Source of the DNA: Vicugna vicugna
Taxonomy: Eukaryota
Direction of reading: 5' to 3'
DNA: 64,000 nt
Assembly (NCBI GenBank): GCA_013265495.1
Contig: MU057796.1
Location: 124,001 to 188,000 of the forward strand
Made by a program: the position numbers and the translations under genes. Positions 50,041-64,000 of the stretch are shown here, piece after piece; position 1 is the first letter of the stretch, and every line of letters begins with the position of its first letter. The notes under the pieces were generated by a model. It ran no database searches, had not been told where the DNA came from, and was given only the letters and a program-made list of their open reading frames with translations.

Positions 50041-53000
50041 GCAAAAGAGAGCTTGACCTTCCATTAACGCCCCAACCTGGTTGTGTTTGCTATGGTTCTC
50101 TCCATTGTAAACAACTTGGATTGTAAATGCTCTAGGCAGAAAAAGTTGACAAAAAAAAAAAAAAGTTGGGAGCTGGGGGATAGGGAGGTGGTGGTGGGCC
50201 TTACTAGATGATATAGTATATCCTGCCGGCCCGGAAGGACAGTTGGAAGAACCAAGGGCAGCTCTAATGACTTTTGTGGGCCTTTCTTCCATGGAGTGGT
50301 CAATTCCCAAATCTTTCTAGTCTACCTCTCAAAAATCAGGAAAGAGGAGACTCTGAATGGCCCGTGTGGAGACAAGGGTCTACTCAGCCAAATGTGGGTG
50401 GTAAAGACAAGGCCGCCAGCTCCTTGAGGACAAGACGGCCACATGATGTCCAACCTGGTTTCCTCCCCTTGAGCTCAAGGAACAAGGAGTCAGTGTGAGT
50501 GGGGCCACTGCCTCAATCGGGGTCCGGTGCTCTGGATAAAGGTATCTCTTTATTAGTTGGCCGAGAACCTTCCACTGCATAGTAAGCCCTGTATATGCTC
50601 TGATCTTTCCTTTTAGTTGGGTACAAGCAGCAAATAAGATGGTTCTCTTTGCCTATTTTGACAAACAATTATTGAAGGCTCACTCGGTGCCCAGGTGCTG
50701 GTATAGATGCTGTGGGAGTTATAAAAAGGAATAGGATGTGTTTTGTTAAAAATACATCTAGTCCCTTAATACGGACTTGTTCTATACAAAAACTGAATAA
50801 TTTGTGAACTGAAAGGAGGCTGGTTTCCCTGGATTCTTTGCCTCTTCCTTTAACAACCTGAAGAAATACTTTCAGTCTTTTGAGGCTTCATCAGTATGAA
50901 AAATTATACAAAACAAACAGCCTTTGAATCAAAGTCCCTCCCTTCCTCAGCAACCATCTCATTTACTTTAACCAGCTCTTATTGCTAAGATCAGCTATAA
51001 TGACATCTTGCCAAAGCCTAACGTTGTATGTTAGTGAGAAAAATCCTGTAATTTTCCATTTTCATGAAGATTTCACTCAAGAAGAGTTTTCCAACTTGAA
51101 TCTTGCATGCTTTATTTAAGTCACCGTATATAGATCTCCCAATCATCCTGTAATCATCCTGAGCTCTTTCATTGCAGCTAAATTCCACACAAAGACTCCA
51201 AACCCCTTTAAAATATGCTCTCTAACCTTAAAGAGGCCACTTCATTTCAGAGAACTCAGTTGAGATCAAATTCTCTCCTACTTTAGATTAAAAGCTATTA
51301 CGCAAATGAATCGTTAGAATAATTGCATTTGTGGCTGAAAAAATGAAATCACTAATGAGTCCAAAATTAATAATCAGGAAAACAAAGGGAGGAGTGGATG
51401 GGGTGGATGACAGCAAAAATGAATCTCCTGGCCAACAGAACGGTGAAGATTTTAATTTGGAGTTGCCCACTCCCAGCTATCAACTTCCCGATGAATTATG
51501 AGGGACCCCTGTTTATGCCACCAGGGTGCTAAACTCAGCATCAGATTTTGAGTTGGTCAGAGGAAATGGCAGACACCTATATGGTGAAGCTTCACTGTTC
51601 CTCTGATTGCCTCCTTTCGCTTGTTTCTCCTGGCACTGATGAGTATTGCTGCTATCATTTCCGAGGGGTTCCAGTTCTTTAGAAATGCCCCCCATTGCTT
51701 GGTAGCGTTCCACGACCATGACGAAATGTACACATGGAAATTGAATGTGCTGCCATATTTGAAACTTGAGTTACTCTAAGAACATTTGGTATACGAAGCC
51801 CTCAAGAGGGAAAACCAGCAAGTCATTTTCCTGTCTCATTCAGATTCTCCTTTACTAGTTTAAAATAGCTGTATTTATTTGCGCATTTTTATCTTCCTGG
51901 ATCCATCCCCTTTTGTGTCATGAAAGAGCATTTATTTCCCCCTTTTGTATCATGGACTGTTTATCACTTCGTAAGAGCAGTCTGCCTTTTATCTTTTGCT
52001 GAGGGGAGAGCGTTACCTTCTTTGTGGTTTCTGAGCCCAGGCATTAAAGCTCTCAGCGCAGGGACGACAGGGATGGCATTACCAGCCACTGAACCCATTT
52101 CGAGTTCATTTGCATTGCCCAATACTAATTTCTATATTTGTGTGTAGATCTAAGAGGAGCTGAAAATCATTAAAATTCACACTACACTGCATCCTCAAAA
52201 ATCTTCAGAAAATTCATTGACTGTCTCAGGAGTACTGGAGTGCTTTACCTTGCATGTACTTCTCTATATTATAGAGATTGTGACTAAATACTCAGTGGCT
52301 TACTATAGGCTAAATTAAGGAGTTATTGGAGCTGAAATAAATATGCTTACTCATAAGTGACCAGTTGAATGTGGAGGAAGAAAAGTGATTTTTTTTTTTT
52401 GCAGTAATTAGATCAGTGCTTGCAATTCACAGGGGCGAATACAGGTGTTAATTTTTCATATGGTTTGTTCCTGGTGTTTATGAAAATCATTGTCAAATAG
52501 TATATGCAGTCATTTTCTGTCTACAAAATTGGAGATTTAGGTGTGATTCCGTTAACTTCCTATCTGCTCAAAGTTGTGTTTTTATAATACGAGTAATACT
52601 TTTCTATCTGTCATAATTCCCAGGTCAAAATATTGTAGTCATGACTTGGGAACAAATCTGCCAAATGGTTTAACTTTTTTTTTTTTTTTCTGTAGCTAAT
52701 CACATTTGACTGATTCTTTTTCAAATTACGCACTACAAGGAAACAGAAATGTGGAAATATCTGCATTTGTTTTCACTGAGTTTTGTCACTCCAGGGATAG
52801 CATTTACTACACTTTTGATTTTTATTTGAAAATAAGTCATCACCTCTTCTGGTTTAAATTCCACACCCCGCTCTTTCTCCCAATCATTCTGTTTTTTGCT
52901 AATTATGTATTTTCTAGGAGTGGTATTTGCCTCTTATTCCACGTGTCAGCTTTCTTTGAATGAATTTCAAGATGCTCTGGGGTTAGTAAGTTGAATTAGA

Positions 53001-56000
53001 TCTGGGCTACTTTAATTCCTCATTGGAGACTATTTCTTCATTTTCTATAAAGCTGCTTTTGACTGATTTCCATGGTATTATTTCATACCCCTCACCTGGT
53101 AAACTCTTGTTAGAATTCTGTGAGAGGAGAAATTCTCTTTCTCCTGAAAGACTGATATGTTTCTTTTTAACAAGTCAGGACGTAAAGGTAACTCATGGTA
53201 TTTCTCTTTTTGCCTTGGCTATTGGGGAACACAGTAGTATTTTATTTTTTATATAGCAGCTGCCATCCGTAATGTCATTCTTCTGCTGCAATGTTTTCTC
53301 CCTCGTCCAGCCCTACTTTCAGTCCCACAGCTTTAATTCTCTTACTTTTATTTTAAAGGAACTATTTTATATGTCTTTTCTTTTCCTTATCAGAAACTTC
53401 AAATACTTCTTTGGAAATAGGTGAAGTTTGAAAGAATTAATATGATTATTCTGTTTTTTAGAAGAAAATATGCTGTCACCATTTCTTGACAGCAAACAGA
53501 GTGGAGATAGAAGACTTTAAGACACATCTTAAAGAAATGGGGGAATGAACCCCATAGGAGACCCAACGGACCATTTAGTGTGGGTGGTTCATGGGGCCAT
53601 CCTTTCCAGCAAAAATCCCCAAAATTCGTGTTCCCATTCAGTAATCACAGGAGAATTTTTGCTCCCACCGTATACATGGTGTAAGGTGTTTTGAAAATAC
53701 AATGGCTAAACAAACCTAGTATTTTTAAATGATTGGGACTGGTCCTTAATATCAGTGAATATTAATACATGTATCATGTCCTGTAAATACATATTGGGTC
53801 CTAATATATTTCAAACCTCAACTCCTGGACAGGTTATTTCTCAGTTTTTTTTTTAAATCATTATTTCTTTATAATAGTTGATACAAATCTGGTTCTTAAC
53901 TTAGCATTTTGGGCAGCTTCAAGAGTTTTCCGTCCGTGGAAATGCCTACTTTCCTGTCCAGGCTCATTCAGTGCATCCAGATTTCTCAGGTCTTCGGAGG
54001 TTCTTTGGAAAACCATGCTGCTTGTCCCCCATTCAGCAATTCGAGTCACAAATGTGCATTTAGCCCCTAGTAAACATGTCTTTAGTGCGTGTGGGTGGGA
54101 GTTGGGGTGGGGTGGGAGGCCAAAGATGGAAGACCTGGTATTTCTCTCAGTAACAGGAGAAGGGACAAGGGCCTGGAGCAGGGCAGACAGAGGTTAGTGC
54201 TGTAAGAAGGAAACTCACGGTGCTTGGGAGGCACAGAGAAGAAAGACAAAGAGGGAAGGGGCGGGAGGGGGCAGCGGGAGCTTTTGAGGGGAGGGAGGAA
54301 GGAGGTGGCTTCAGCAGGTGCTGAGGGAGGGTCATGGCAAATGCTGTGTGTGGGATGGTTCGGAAAAGGGAGACACTGGAGGGAGAGGAAGGAGACAGCC
54401 CCGTCCGGTTCTCTTCTTGTGCGTTTTTAATTAAATTAAATTGAATTAAATTGAACACATTAATGAGAAGATAATAGAAGCGACTTATCCAGAGAATTCA
54501 TTCTAACTAGTGCCGTCAAACACCAGATAAAACATTAGATTAGGGCCTTCTGAGCTCGTTCTGAATTTCTGAGGAAAAGTTAATTATGTAGTTTAGACCT
54601 AATGCATGATTTTTCTCAGAAAACCACACTTCTCCTAAAATTCCTTTTAATGAGCTCCTAATTTTTTTTTCTCTCTCTACTGTCCAAGGCTTTTGTAAAA
54701 AAGGACCATGTGGGTGCCACCCTCAACCCTGAGGGAAATGGGCAAAGAGGGCCAGTCAGTGGTCTGTGTAATGCTAGAGCAAATGTTCCTGTGTACCGGG
54801 GGCGTTCTGGGGCTTTTGACAAAGAGACGCCACCATGGCTAGTCCATATCTGGCTCCCATTAGCTGATCGTTAAGACCTTCTGCCCACCCACAGAAACAG
54901 ATCCTTAAGAGTAAATGTAAAAGGAATCATATACATATATATATATATGTATGATCGTAAATAATATATGTATATGTACTACAAGGCTATAATACATATG
55001 CCATATTTAATATACATAATTGGGATTATATACACACATACATAAATACATGCTGGCAGCTATTGGATAATAGACATGTTCGGTTCACCCCTCCAATTTA
55101 GCCCATAATTTTAAACCTTCTCTCACGAAACTTTACCAAAAATTCACAAAAGCAGCCAGTGATAATAACATGAACAACTTTCTCTTTGTTTCTGCCCGTG
55201 TGAAGTTGCTGGCTTGCTGGGGTGGTCCCTACAAAGCAGCGGCAGGCAGTAAGAGGCTAAAACACCCAGAATGATGGACGACTTCCCCCTCAGAACCTTC
55301 CTGCCTGGGGATGCGCGTGAGAAAGGCCTGAGTGAAACCTGGACCCTTTGTGGATACTGACAAGTGGAGGCACTTGTGTCTTGAGCTATACAGGAAAGTG
55401 AAAATCACAAAACCCTGGGATCAACTTTTACTGAACGTTTCCACACCCTGGAGTCAAAGATAAAGTCATTAATTGAATTACGAATCATTACAAGAACTTT
55501 CAATGGGAAACACTGATGTATACAATCTATTTATATTGAACATACAACTACCTACAATAGGTTAATTTTTTTTCCTTCCATCTTATTACAAATCTAAACT
55601 ACCTTCACAGTTCATTTTTAGGCTTATGGTTTCAAATTATATCTATTTTTATATAGTTTAAGAGTATCCCCAAGAGATTGCTGGCATTAAGGTAAAGCTG
55701 AGATATCTATTCACATGCAGACACCCAAGGGACACAGTGTTTACTCATAGGACATACTGTTCATACTTGAAGGTCAGTTGCTCTAGGAGGAGTGGGGAGT
55801 GGGGCTGAGGGAACCCTCACTTGATGTTCATGTGTCTTCCACCCTAATGACTCTAAGAGCTAGTTTCTAGAACATGGGCTGCTCTGAATATGTCTGGTTC
55901 CACTGGGGGCTCTCTGTAACCTCTCCTCTCTGAATGCATGATGCATTCAATTTTTTTAAACAAATCAATATAGTAAGACTACTCCAATTCTTTCAACTAC

Positions 56001-57019
56001 CTGTGCCAAGTCACTGCTGCACAGTTCTCAGCTGTGTCCCTGTGATACATTTTCTGCTGGAAAATTCCCTTTAGTCTAATGACGGCTGCTTTCAGTTTCT
56101 TGAATTCATCCATATACCTTGTATGACTGAGTTATCACAAGCATAGCTTGGGAGGACTTGCCAACCTCTTAGAGCTCATTCTTTGTAACTTTTCCCTTCA
56201 ATTCTACATTAAGTAGAGTCATAGGGACCAAAAATTTGGCCCATGGCAAGCAAGTAAAAAGTATTATATCCATACTAGAGATTTGAGCCTTCTCTTGAAC
56301 GATATAGCAAGAGTTTGAGACCAACTGGAAGCCATGTATTGTAAGGGAGTCTTACGTAATGTGCTAGTTACCAGCTCCATCTGGCTATTCGCTAATTTTC
56401 TAACAGTAGATCTGGCAAGCTAGCTGTTCAACTCACTATCTTCCGTGGAGAGTTTTGTGTTGAGAATTCTCTACTGAACGTGGTGATGACTTAGGTCTCC
56501 TCCAGCAGAGTGACTGCTCTTCTGGCCGCATATACAAAGCCGCCTCCCCCTGGTACGTTGGCTTTGTTGAGTCACCATCCAGTGGATCAGATCCTGAATA
56601 ACTATCTGGGTGATTTTTACATACACTTGCCACTTGGGATTTAGAGAACTTTCCAGAGGACAAAAAGCATGTCTGATTGCTTCCTACTAGGTCTTAAATC
56701 TAAATATGGGGTCTAGCAAACTGCACTGAATTCAAATGACCTGGCTATGAGCTCTGTTTTCTTGCTTTGGAGAAAGGTAAAGTGATCCTTGTTGTCAGCA
56801 TTGTCTTGCTTTGTTTTGAATGATAGAAGGCTACTCTCCTTCTGTGTTCTTGCTAGTTTCATCTAAGTCTGTAATATTTACTGTCCATCTGCCATTTGTC
56901 TGAAGTCTGGCTCTAGTTTTAACTTCCTTTACTGAATTTTTACTGAGTTCTACCATCCAATGCATAGACATATACTCACTACTCAGTAGACCTACAATAT
57001 CCTGAGATGAAAGGTAACA

Positions 57020-57210
57020 TTTACTGGATTCTGGTTTTGCACTGAGTAGAATCACTGTGGTTATGTGCGTCAACTCAATCTTCACAACAATCCTGTGATT
57101 CAGATATTTCCTAGAAAAGGAAATCAAGCCCCAGAAAGATTACAAGTGACTTTCCTAGTTACTAAGTGAGGAAGCAAAGATTGAAGTTAAGTCCCCTCTG
57201 ATTCCATAGC
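57020..57210 (-). mobile_element. MIR fragment
   Basis: aatcttcacaacaatcctgtga..aggaaatcaagccccagaaagatt..agtgactt. Confidence 0.55.
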
Positions 57211-60200
57211 TTCCTTACGTGGCTTCAAGCTGACCCTGTCTGGCTAGACACCTGCAATTCTTCGGTCACAGGAGTGTGTGTTCTGAAGTACAATTTGGAG
57301 ACCCAGAAATTAACATAAATGGCTGATCTAGTCCTAACTTCTCTACATTTTTATGTCTTTTCTTTAGATAGCCCTTGGGGTAGTGAATTCATTTTTTTTT
57401 CCTGGGATAAGAACTGCTATTTCTGTTTAAGTGCTGCTGGATTTGGAAATCATTCTCATGACTAAATATTTGTTTGCCTCATAAGAGCCCAGCGTAGGGC
57501 TATGCTGCCAGTGGGTGCTCAATAAAGATTAATGGATGGCTGTGCACGTCTGTGTGGGAGTCATGTGCTTCGGATCTGCTCGATTCTGCGAAAGAGACAG
57601 AAATGATGTGGGGAAGGTGACAAATCGCAGGATTGTCACCCCACCCAGCCCATGGGTTTCTGTATTTGACTTTATCAGTTAGCAGTCCCAAAGGTGCAGG
57701 TGCAAAATGAACAGGGGACTATGGAGCCTAGTGCTTTTTTGAGAAGTGATGGGAAATGCTGTGAAAATTAGATTCCAGGGCTTGCTTCCACAATTAATAT
57801 CAAATATGAGAGGAAAGTTGGTCCCCTGATGAGGACTGAAAAGAATCAAATATTTTTTTAATTGACACATTTTTCTATTATTATATACATAGAAAGACGA
57901 TGAGTAATATGCCATATCAGATGGTTTATTCAGACTGTCAGAACAAGGCCTGAAGCGTGAGTAACTTTCCCGAGATCCTTCTGAGAAATTCAAGCAGTGG
58001 ACAGTGGCAGCCACCAGCCAAGAGTTCATCCACAGCCCAGTAGTCCCTGAAAATCTTGGAGGAACCAAAAAAAAAAAATGTTTCTTCCAAAAGTACATGG
58101 CGGGACAGTTCTAGAAAAAAGAAAGGTGCTGTAACATTTAAACTCACTTCACTAAAAAGCCAAATGTCCGTGCCCTGCCCAGGTTTGTGCACTCAGTGGA
58201 CAGCCTGGGGTCAGCTGTGTGATCTGGGAGGTAATGTTCTCACAATGAATGATAACTGTTGAACACAAGTCCAGATCTCAGCAGAACTTTGAGATGTTAG
58301 AGCTCTCACTTACGAAATCAAGCTGTGCATTGGCATTAGAGAAGGGAGGAGGAGGAAAGCCTGGATGACTGGGAAGAGTACCACAGGCTTAGGCTGGGAT
58401 GCGATACACTGATACTGAGGTGTAGAGAAAGGTGTACAGCAAATGCCCTGAATGGCCCCTATTCCACTCCAGGCTCTGGGTCTCAGTCTCACCATCTGCC
58501 AAGTGAGCGAGGAGAGACTAGCTTTCTAGGGCCCATTCCAACTGTCCTGTTTCATCCTTGTTGTGTTCTTCCTATGAGATGAGCATTCTTCAATGGGAAA
58601 ACTCCATGTGTCATGAGGTTTGGAGTGAGAATTTATTTATACAAGTCTACCTTAAAAAAAAAAAACTTTCCTTTTATCACCCACTAAACTCTCCTTAGCA
58701 ATAAAGTAGTCTTATGACTCTTGATCATTTGGTATATCCAGGACAATTTTATTTCATTAATACATGACCCTCCATTGCTGCCCCCACACGTAACCATCTT
58801 GTTCCTGCAAAGAAAGGTGACTTTGAGAAGCCACTCAGAAGATGTGTTAGGGTCTTGGAGCTAGGAGAGGACTTACTATGTGTTTTTGGCTTAAACATAT
58901 GAAAATAAGGCAGCACATGGTGAACAAAAATAGAGTGAAATATATGTGTAATTATGTCCAAGATAAAGACACATGTATATAAGACTACTCCCCTCAAATA
59001 GAAGTGAAAGGTTTGAGAAGTGAGAAGGATGGCTTCCCAGTAGCAGGAGCAGCGGCTGTGTCAGCAGCAGGGGAGGGAGAATGCAGAGTCGGGAGACCTG
59101 GGCCTGGCTGAGCCCCACAACCCAGCGCCTCAGTGTCCATTCTCCCAGGAAAGATCTGATGAGCTGCTGATATTTCTCTTAAAAGAATCAATGCACCTTT
59201 GTTTCTTTCTGCCTTCTCTTTTGACCTTATTTCGTTCTGAAACGGAGAACGAGGAAAGACAGAACTGAACTGGTAGGGTGGGAAAGGGGGTAGGCAGAAG
59301 GCACAGAGGAGGTGCCAGTCCAGCCGTGGAGCCCACAGACAAGATCAAAGGCCCCCAGTCGGCACCTGGGATGGTATTGTTTGCTTGCTATGTATTTGTT
59401 CCTGCTTCTCATTTCCATTCTCGCCCTGATGTAATAAGTCACCGTCTTCCCAGCCATCATCCCCGTATTGACAAGCAAATGTCACCCACGTTTGATTGAC
59501 ATCCATTGCTCCTGAATGCAAAAGTATGATTTACGAATCAATTCTCCTTGTTTATTTAAAGCCGTTCTCATGTGTCTTATGTATTTGTTGGTGGGATCAC
59601 TTGCCTAATACAACTCTGGGAGACTTCCATTAACATTATAAATCCAGGCTGTTGCTTCCCCTGCTCTGTCACTGCCAATGGGGCCTCTTCTTTTTCACAG
59701 TTTGCCAATTTCCCCCCTCTCCCCATAACGTACACGCAGGAAATGTGCTTTGGAGCTTACAGGACTCTTCCCGTATCTTAGGAAAAAGACCTTGCCCAGT
59801 ACTTTTGTGAACGCTGCTTGCTTTATTCGAAGACTTTTGAGGGCATCTTGACAAGGGATTATTTATCATGCGTCAGAAATACCTGTAAGTAGATGCAACT
59901 TAGGTCCAATGGCTGAATCTCCTAAAAGGTTACTAGAATTGTAAGCCTGTGAATAGAGTAAGTAGGTATAAACTCACCATTTGCAGCGTTTGTAGAAAGA
60001 ACCACCCCTACCCCGCCTTTGTGCGGTGGGCAGGTTCATTTAAAATCTTTGAGAACCATCCTTTGCCTTTTCAACACACCTTACTGTTCTCTGGGTAACA
60101 TCTTATTTCATTTTGGAAGGCTGGAGAGGAAAACCATAAGGTTAAAAAAATCACATCTACCATCTGGAAAATTCTAAAGGGCCCTCCTTATGTTAAAAGT

Positions 60201-60630
60201 GGCATTTTGAAAAAAATAAAACAAAACGCCACACCTGAAACGCTGATTGTGGGTGAGCCATTAGAGAAATATTGTCAGTCCAACCACCCTCCTTTCAACC
60301 TTCAACTCCACCCTCCAGCTGGGGCTGCAGGCAGTGGGGAAGTGGGGGACTTAGGTGTGACTCTTGAGTTCTGAAGGCCACCGCACATCTGTCTCCCCCC
60401 CTCCCCTCCCCATATGTCCAGCGAGAGCGCTGCCATCGCCTGGGTTCAGCAAGGGAGTGTTCGGGATCTCACTGTTCATCCATGTGCAGAGAGGGGGAAA
60501 AAAGAGAGGCCGAGAAAAAAAAAATCCCACATTGTCAGAGTAATGCCAAACTCTCTTTGAGTGGGATGAGCAGAGCAGATGCCGCAATGAGATGCCAAAG
60601 CGGCTCCCCTTCCTCTGCGCCTTGGGTGCC

Positions 60631-60636
60631 TATAAA
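60631..60636 (+). promoter_or_regulatory. C1QL3: Candidate TATA box of C1QL3 (cTATAAAt), implied TSS about 60660
   Basis: TATAAA at the 5' edge of the CpG island. NFI half-sites TGCCAA at about 60544 and 60593. Confidence 0.55.
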
Positions 60637-61036
60637 TTGCTCCGGCGCGCGTTTGTCAGCCTCCTCTTCTCCTGGCAGGTGGTACCCAGGCAGAATTCTG
60701 CGTTCAGTCTCTCTCTCGCTCCGCTCCCGGCCGTGAGGCGCTCGCCGCTGCTCGCCAGCTCCGCCGCTCCAGCCCGGAGCCTCGCCGAGCCGCCCGTGCC
60801 CAGAGCCGCCGCTCCGCGCACCCGGGGGGCGCCTGGCCCGAGCTCGCGCGGCCGGCGCGAGGTTTTGGGGGTGCGCATCTATTAGAGTCCTGGTGGTTGC
60901 TAAGGAGGGAAAGAGGGGGGAAAAAGGCACAAGGGCGATCCCAGCGAGCGAAAGAAGAGGAGGCAGAAAAAGGCAACTTCAGACGGAAAGTTGGTGCGAA
61001 CTGGCGCAGTCGGCAAAAACGGAAAAGTCGATCGCA

Positions 61037-61054
61037 GGCGGCGGCGGCGGCGGC
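61037..61054 (+). repeat. (GGC)6 in the putative C1QL3 5' leader
   Basis: Read directly. Confidence 0.95.
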
Positions 61055-61357
61055 GACATAAAAGTGTGAGCGGCCCTGGGCGAGCGCGAGAGGCGGCGGC
61101 TGCTCTGCCCTCCGGGTGGCCGCGCCGGCGCCCGCGGCAGCCACAGGTGCGAAGGGGCTCGCGGGAGGCGAGAGGGCGCCCTGCGCTCCCCTCCCCCCGC
61201 CCCCACCCCCAGCTCGGGACTTCAGCTCAAGTCACTCGGCGTCCGAGCTCCCTCCCCAGCCGCAGCCTCAGCGGGGGGAGCGAGAGCAGGCGAGGAGCGG
61301 CCGGCGCGCGCCCGCCCAGGGGACTTGGGGTTCGCAGGGGGTTGTTTTCGGCTCTGA

Positions 61358-62299
<942 letters not shown>

Positions 62300-64000
62300 T
62301 AGGTGCGCGCGACCCCGGAGGGGCGGGAAGCCGGGAGTTCGGTCCCCTGGACAGCTTGTGCACCGCGGGGTGTCCCGAGCAGAAGGCGACCCCGGGCTGC
62401 GGGATCCTCAGCAGTGTGGAGTCTGTGTCAGGCTTTGCGGGGAATGGGAGGGCTGGGGGAGCCAGGAATGGGCGTGCCAGAGTGACAAATCCGGGGAAGA
62501 AAGGCCGGGACCCGGGGGAGGAAAACAGAGGCCCAAGGGAAGAAGAAGAGGCGCGAAGCAAAGTCCAGGCGGGGCGCATCCAGGGCCGCCAAGGCAGGAC
62601 CACGGGTCCGGCGGTCGCAAGGCCCCTGTGGCGTCCCAGGTCGGGGAAACGAACATACAGTCAAACTCGAGATGCAGACTCCGGTTTAGATTTAAGCCGA
62701 AGAAGGGGGAGAGCTAATGAGTACTGACAACAAAGGGAAAAGTTGAGACTTGTGGGTTTGTGCCGTAAAACACGCGCCCAAACGCAGAACCCAAACTCCA
62801 CTGGCTGGAGCAGCAGGACGCACAGGCAGGTGGCCAGGAGGCCGGGGGGCCGAGCCCAGCCCCGGGACCATGGGCTTCACCGCCAGGGAGCCCCCGGGCG
62901 CCTGCGTGAGGGTCTTTTCAACCCAGCCTTTTGCTCTCAACAAAGGCCTTGGCTTTGACTGTGAAAAAGCCTCCGACTAGCCCTCAGCCGGCCGGCCGGA
63001 GGACTTGCTCCCCTGAGTGGGTCGGCCCTGCCACAGGGGCCACGGATCTGCAGTGTTAGGTCGGAGCCACTTTCCCGTTTGCTTGAGAAATTCGCTGTCA
63101 TCGTGAAACCAAGGTGTGTTTGGTTTCTTAGTCAGAGGAGGAAAATAATTTTTGTAATTACCCGAAAGTGTCATCAGACCCTCTGCACGCGCTGAACCGG
63201 CGGCGGCTGGTGGAGGCCCTGCAGCCCGGAGTCTGGGTTGAGTCCTTGGGCTTTACCTTTGCTTACTGGGTGGTGCCGGGAGTGACCCGCGACCCTGCCG
63301 GGGCCGGTTTTGATTTCACAAGGGCTCTCCCGCTTCAGGTCACTTGCCCCTTGAACGCAGATCTTCCTGGCCATAATCCAGGTTTCTGTTAAGCAGCATT
63401 AAAGCAGAATTTATTCCAAAGACCCAATTCAGTGTCAGAATTCTTCCAAGGTGAAAGGCGAATATCCTAAATGTATAAGAGAAAGGACAAAATACCCTGT
63501 CCCTCCCCCTTCCTACCACTTCTCACTTCTAGAGGAATTCAGAAGTAAGTATCTTAAGGGACCCTAAGGTCGGGTAGAACAAAAGAGGGGAAAATGGCCA
63601 CCAGGAGGCACTGACAGGGTTGTTTATTACAGTTATTACGCATGAAAATAATATTAAGATATATAAAAATTATTACAGAGTAGTGGGATAGTTATAGGTA
63701 AGTGGCTAAAGAGGGCATGACTCACTGTACCAAAATAGAGCTATTCTGTCACACTAACAAAATGGTTTTATGAACAGCCCCTGAGCAGGCAGCAAGGAGG
63801 CACCCATTTATTTACAAATTGGCTGTCTTCTGACTCAAAGGTTAGGTCTGGCAAATCCTATCAGGCTGAAGAGACTGTTTTTAGAGGTATTCATTCAAAT
63901 GGAATTAAGATTCCAGTTTTACCAGCCAAGAGATAAAAGCACACATCTTTAAGCATCTGGAAATTGCAGTTGCATGAAAAGCCAGGGAATGGTACGTTAA

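Overview
This is mammalian genomic DNA, most likely camelid, judged from four Vic-type tRNA-derived SINEs and artiodactyl-type L1 3' ends. The + strand carries the last intron, terminal coding exon (4529-4631) and 3' UTR of RSU1. A ~53 kb intergenic stretch rich in transposons follows (L1, L2, MIR, MLT1 LTRs, MER DNA transposons, one 62-N gap). The window ends with the CpG-island promoter, first exon (CDS 61478-62065) and start of the intron of C1QL3. I found no prokaryote-type system. The leading observations are: (1) an in-frame 32-codon stretch, possibly AUU-initiated, in front of the C1QL3 AUG that would turn the signal peptide into a signal-anchor-like segment; (2) radical substitutions at C1QL family-conserved positions; (3) a ~1.1 kb mini-L1 with two internal deletions that keeps both termini and an open endonuclease frame; (4) a CpG-rich MER121 copy in the last RSU1 intron; (5) several candidate regulatory or structured elements. 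Repeat family names and orthologue comparisons come from recalled consensus and protein sequences, not from searches. Repeat boundaries are approximate.
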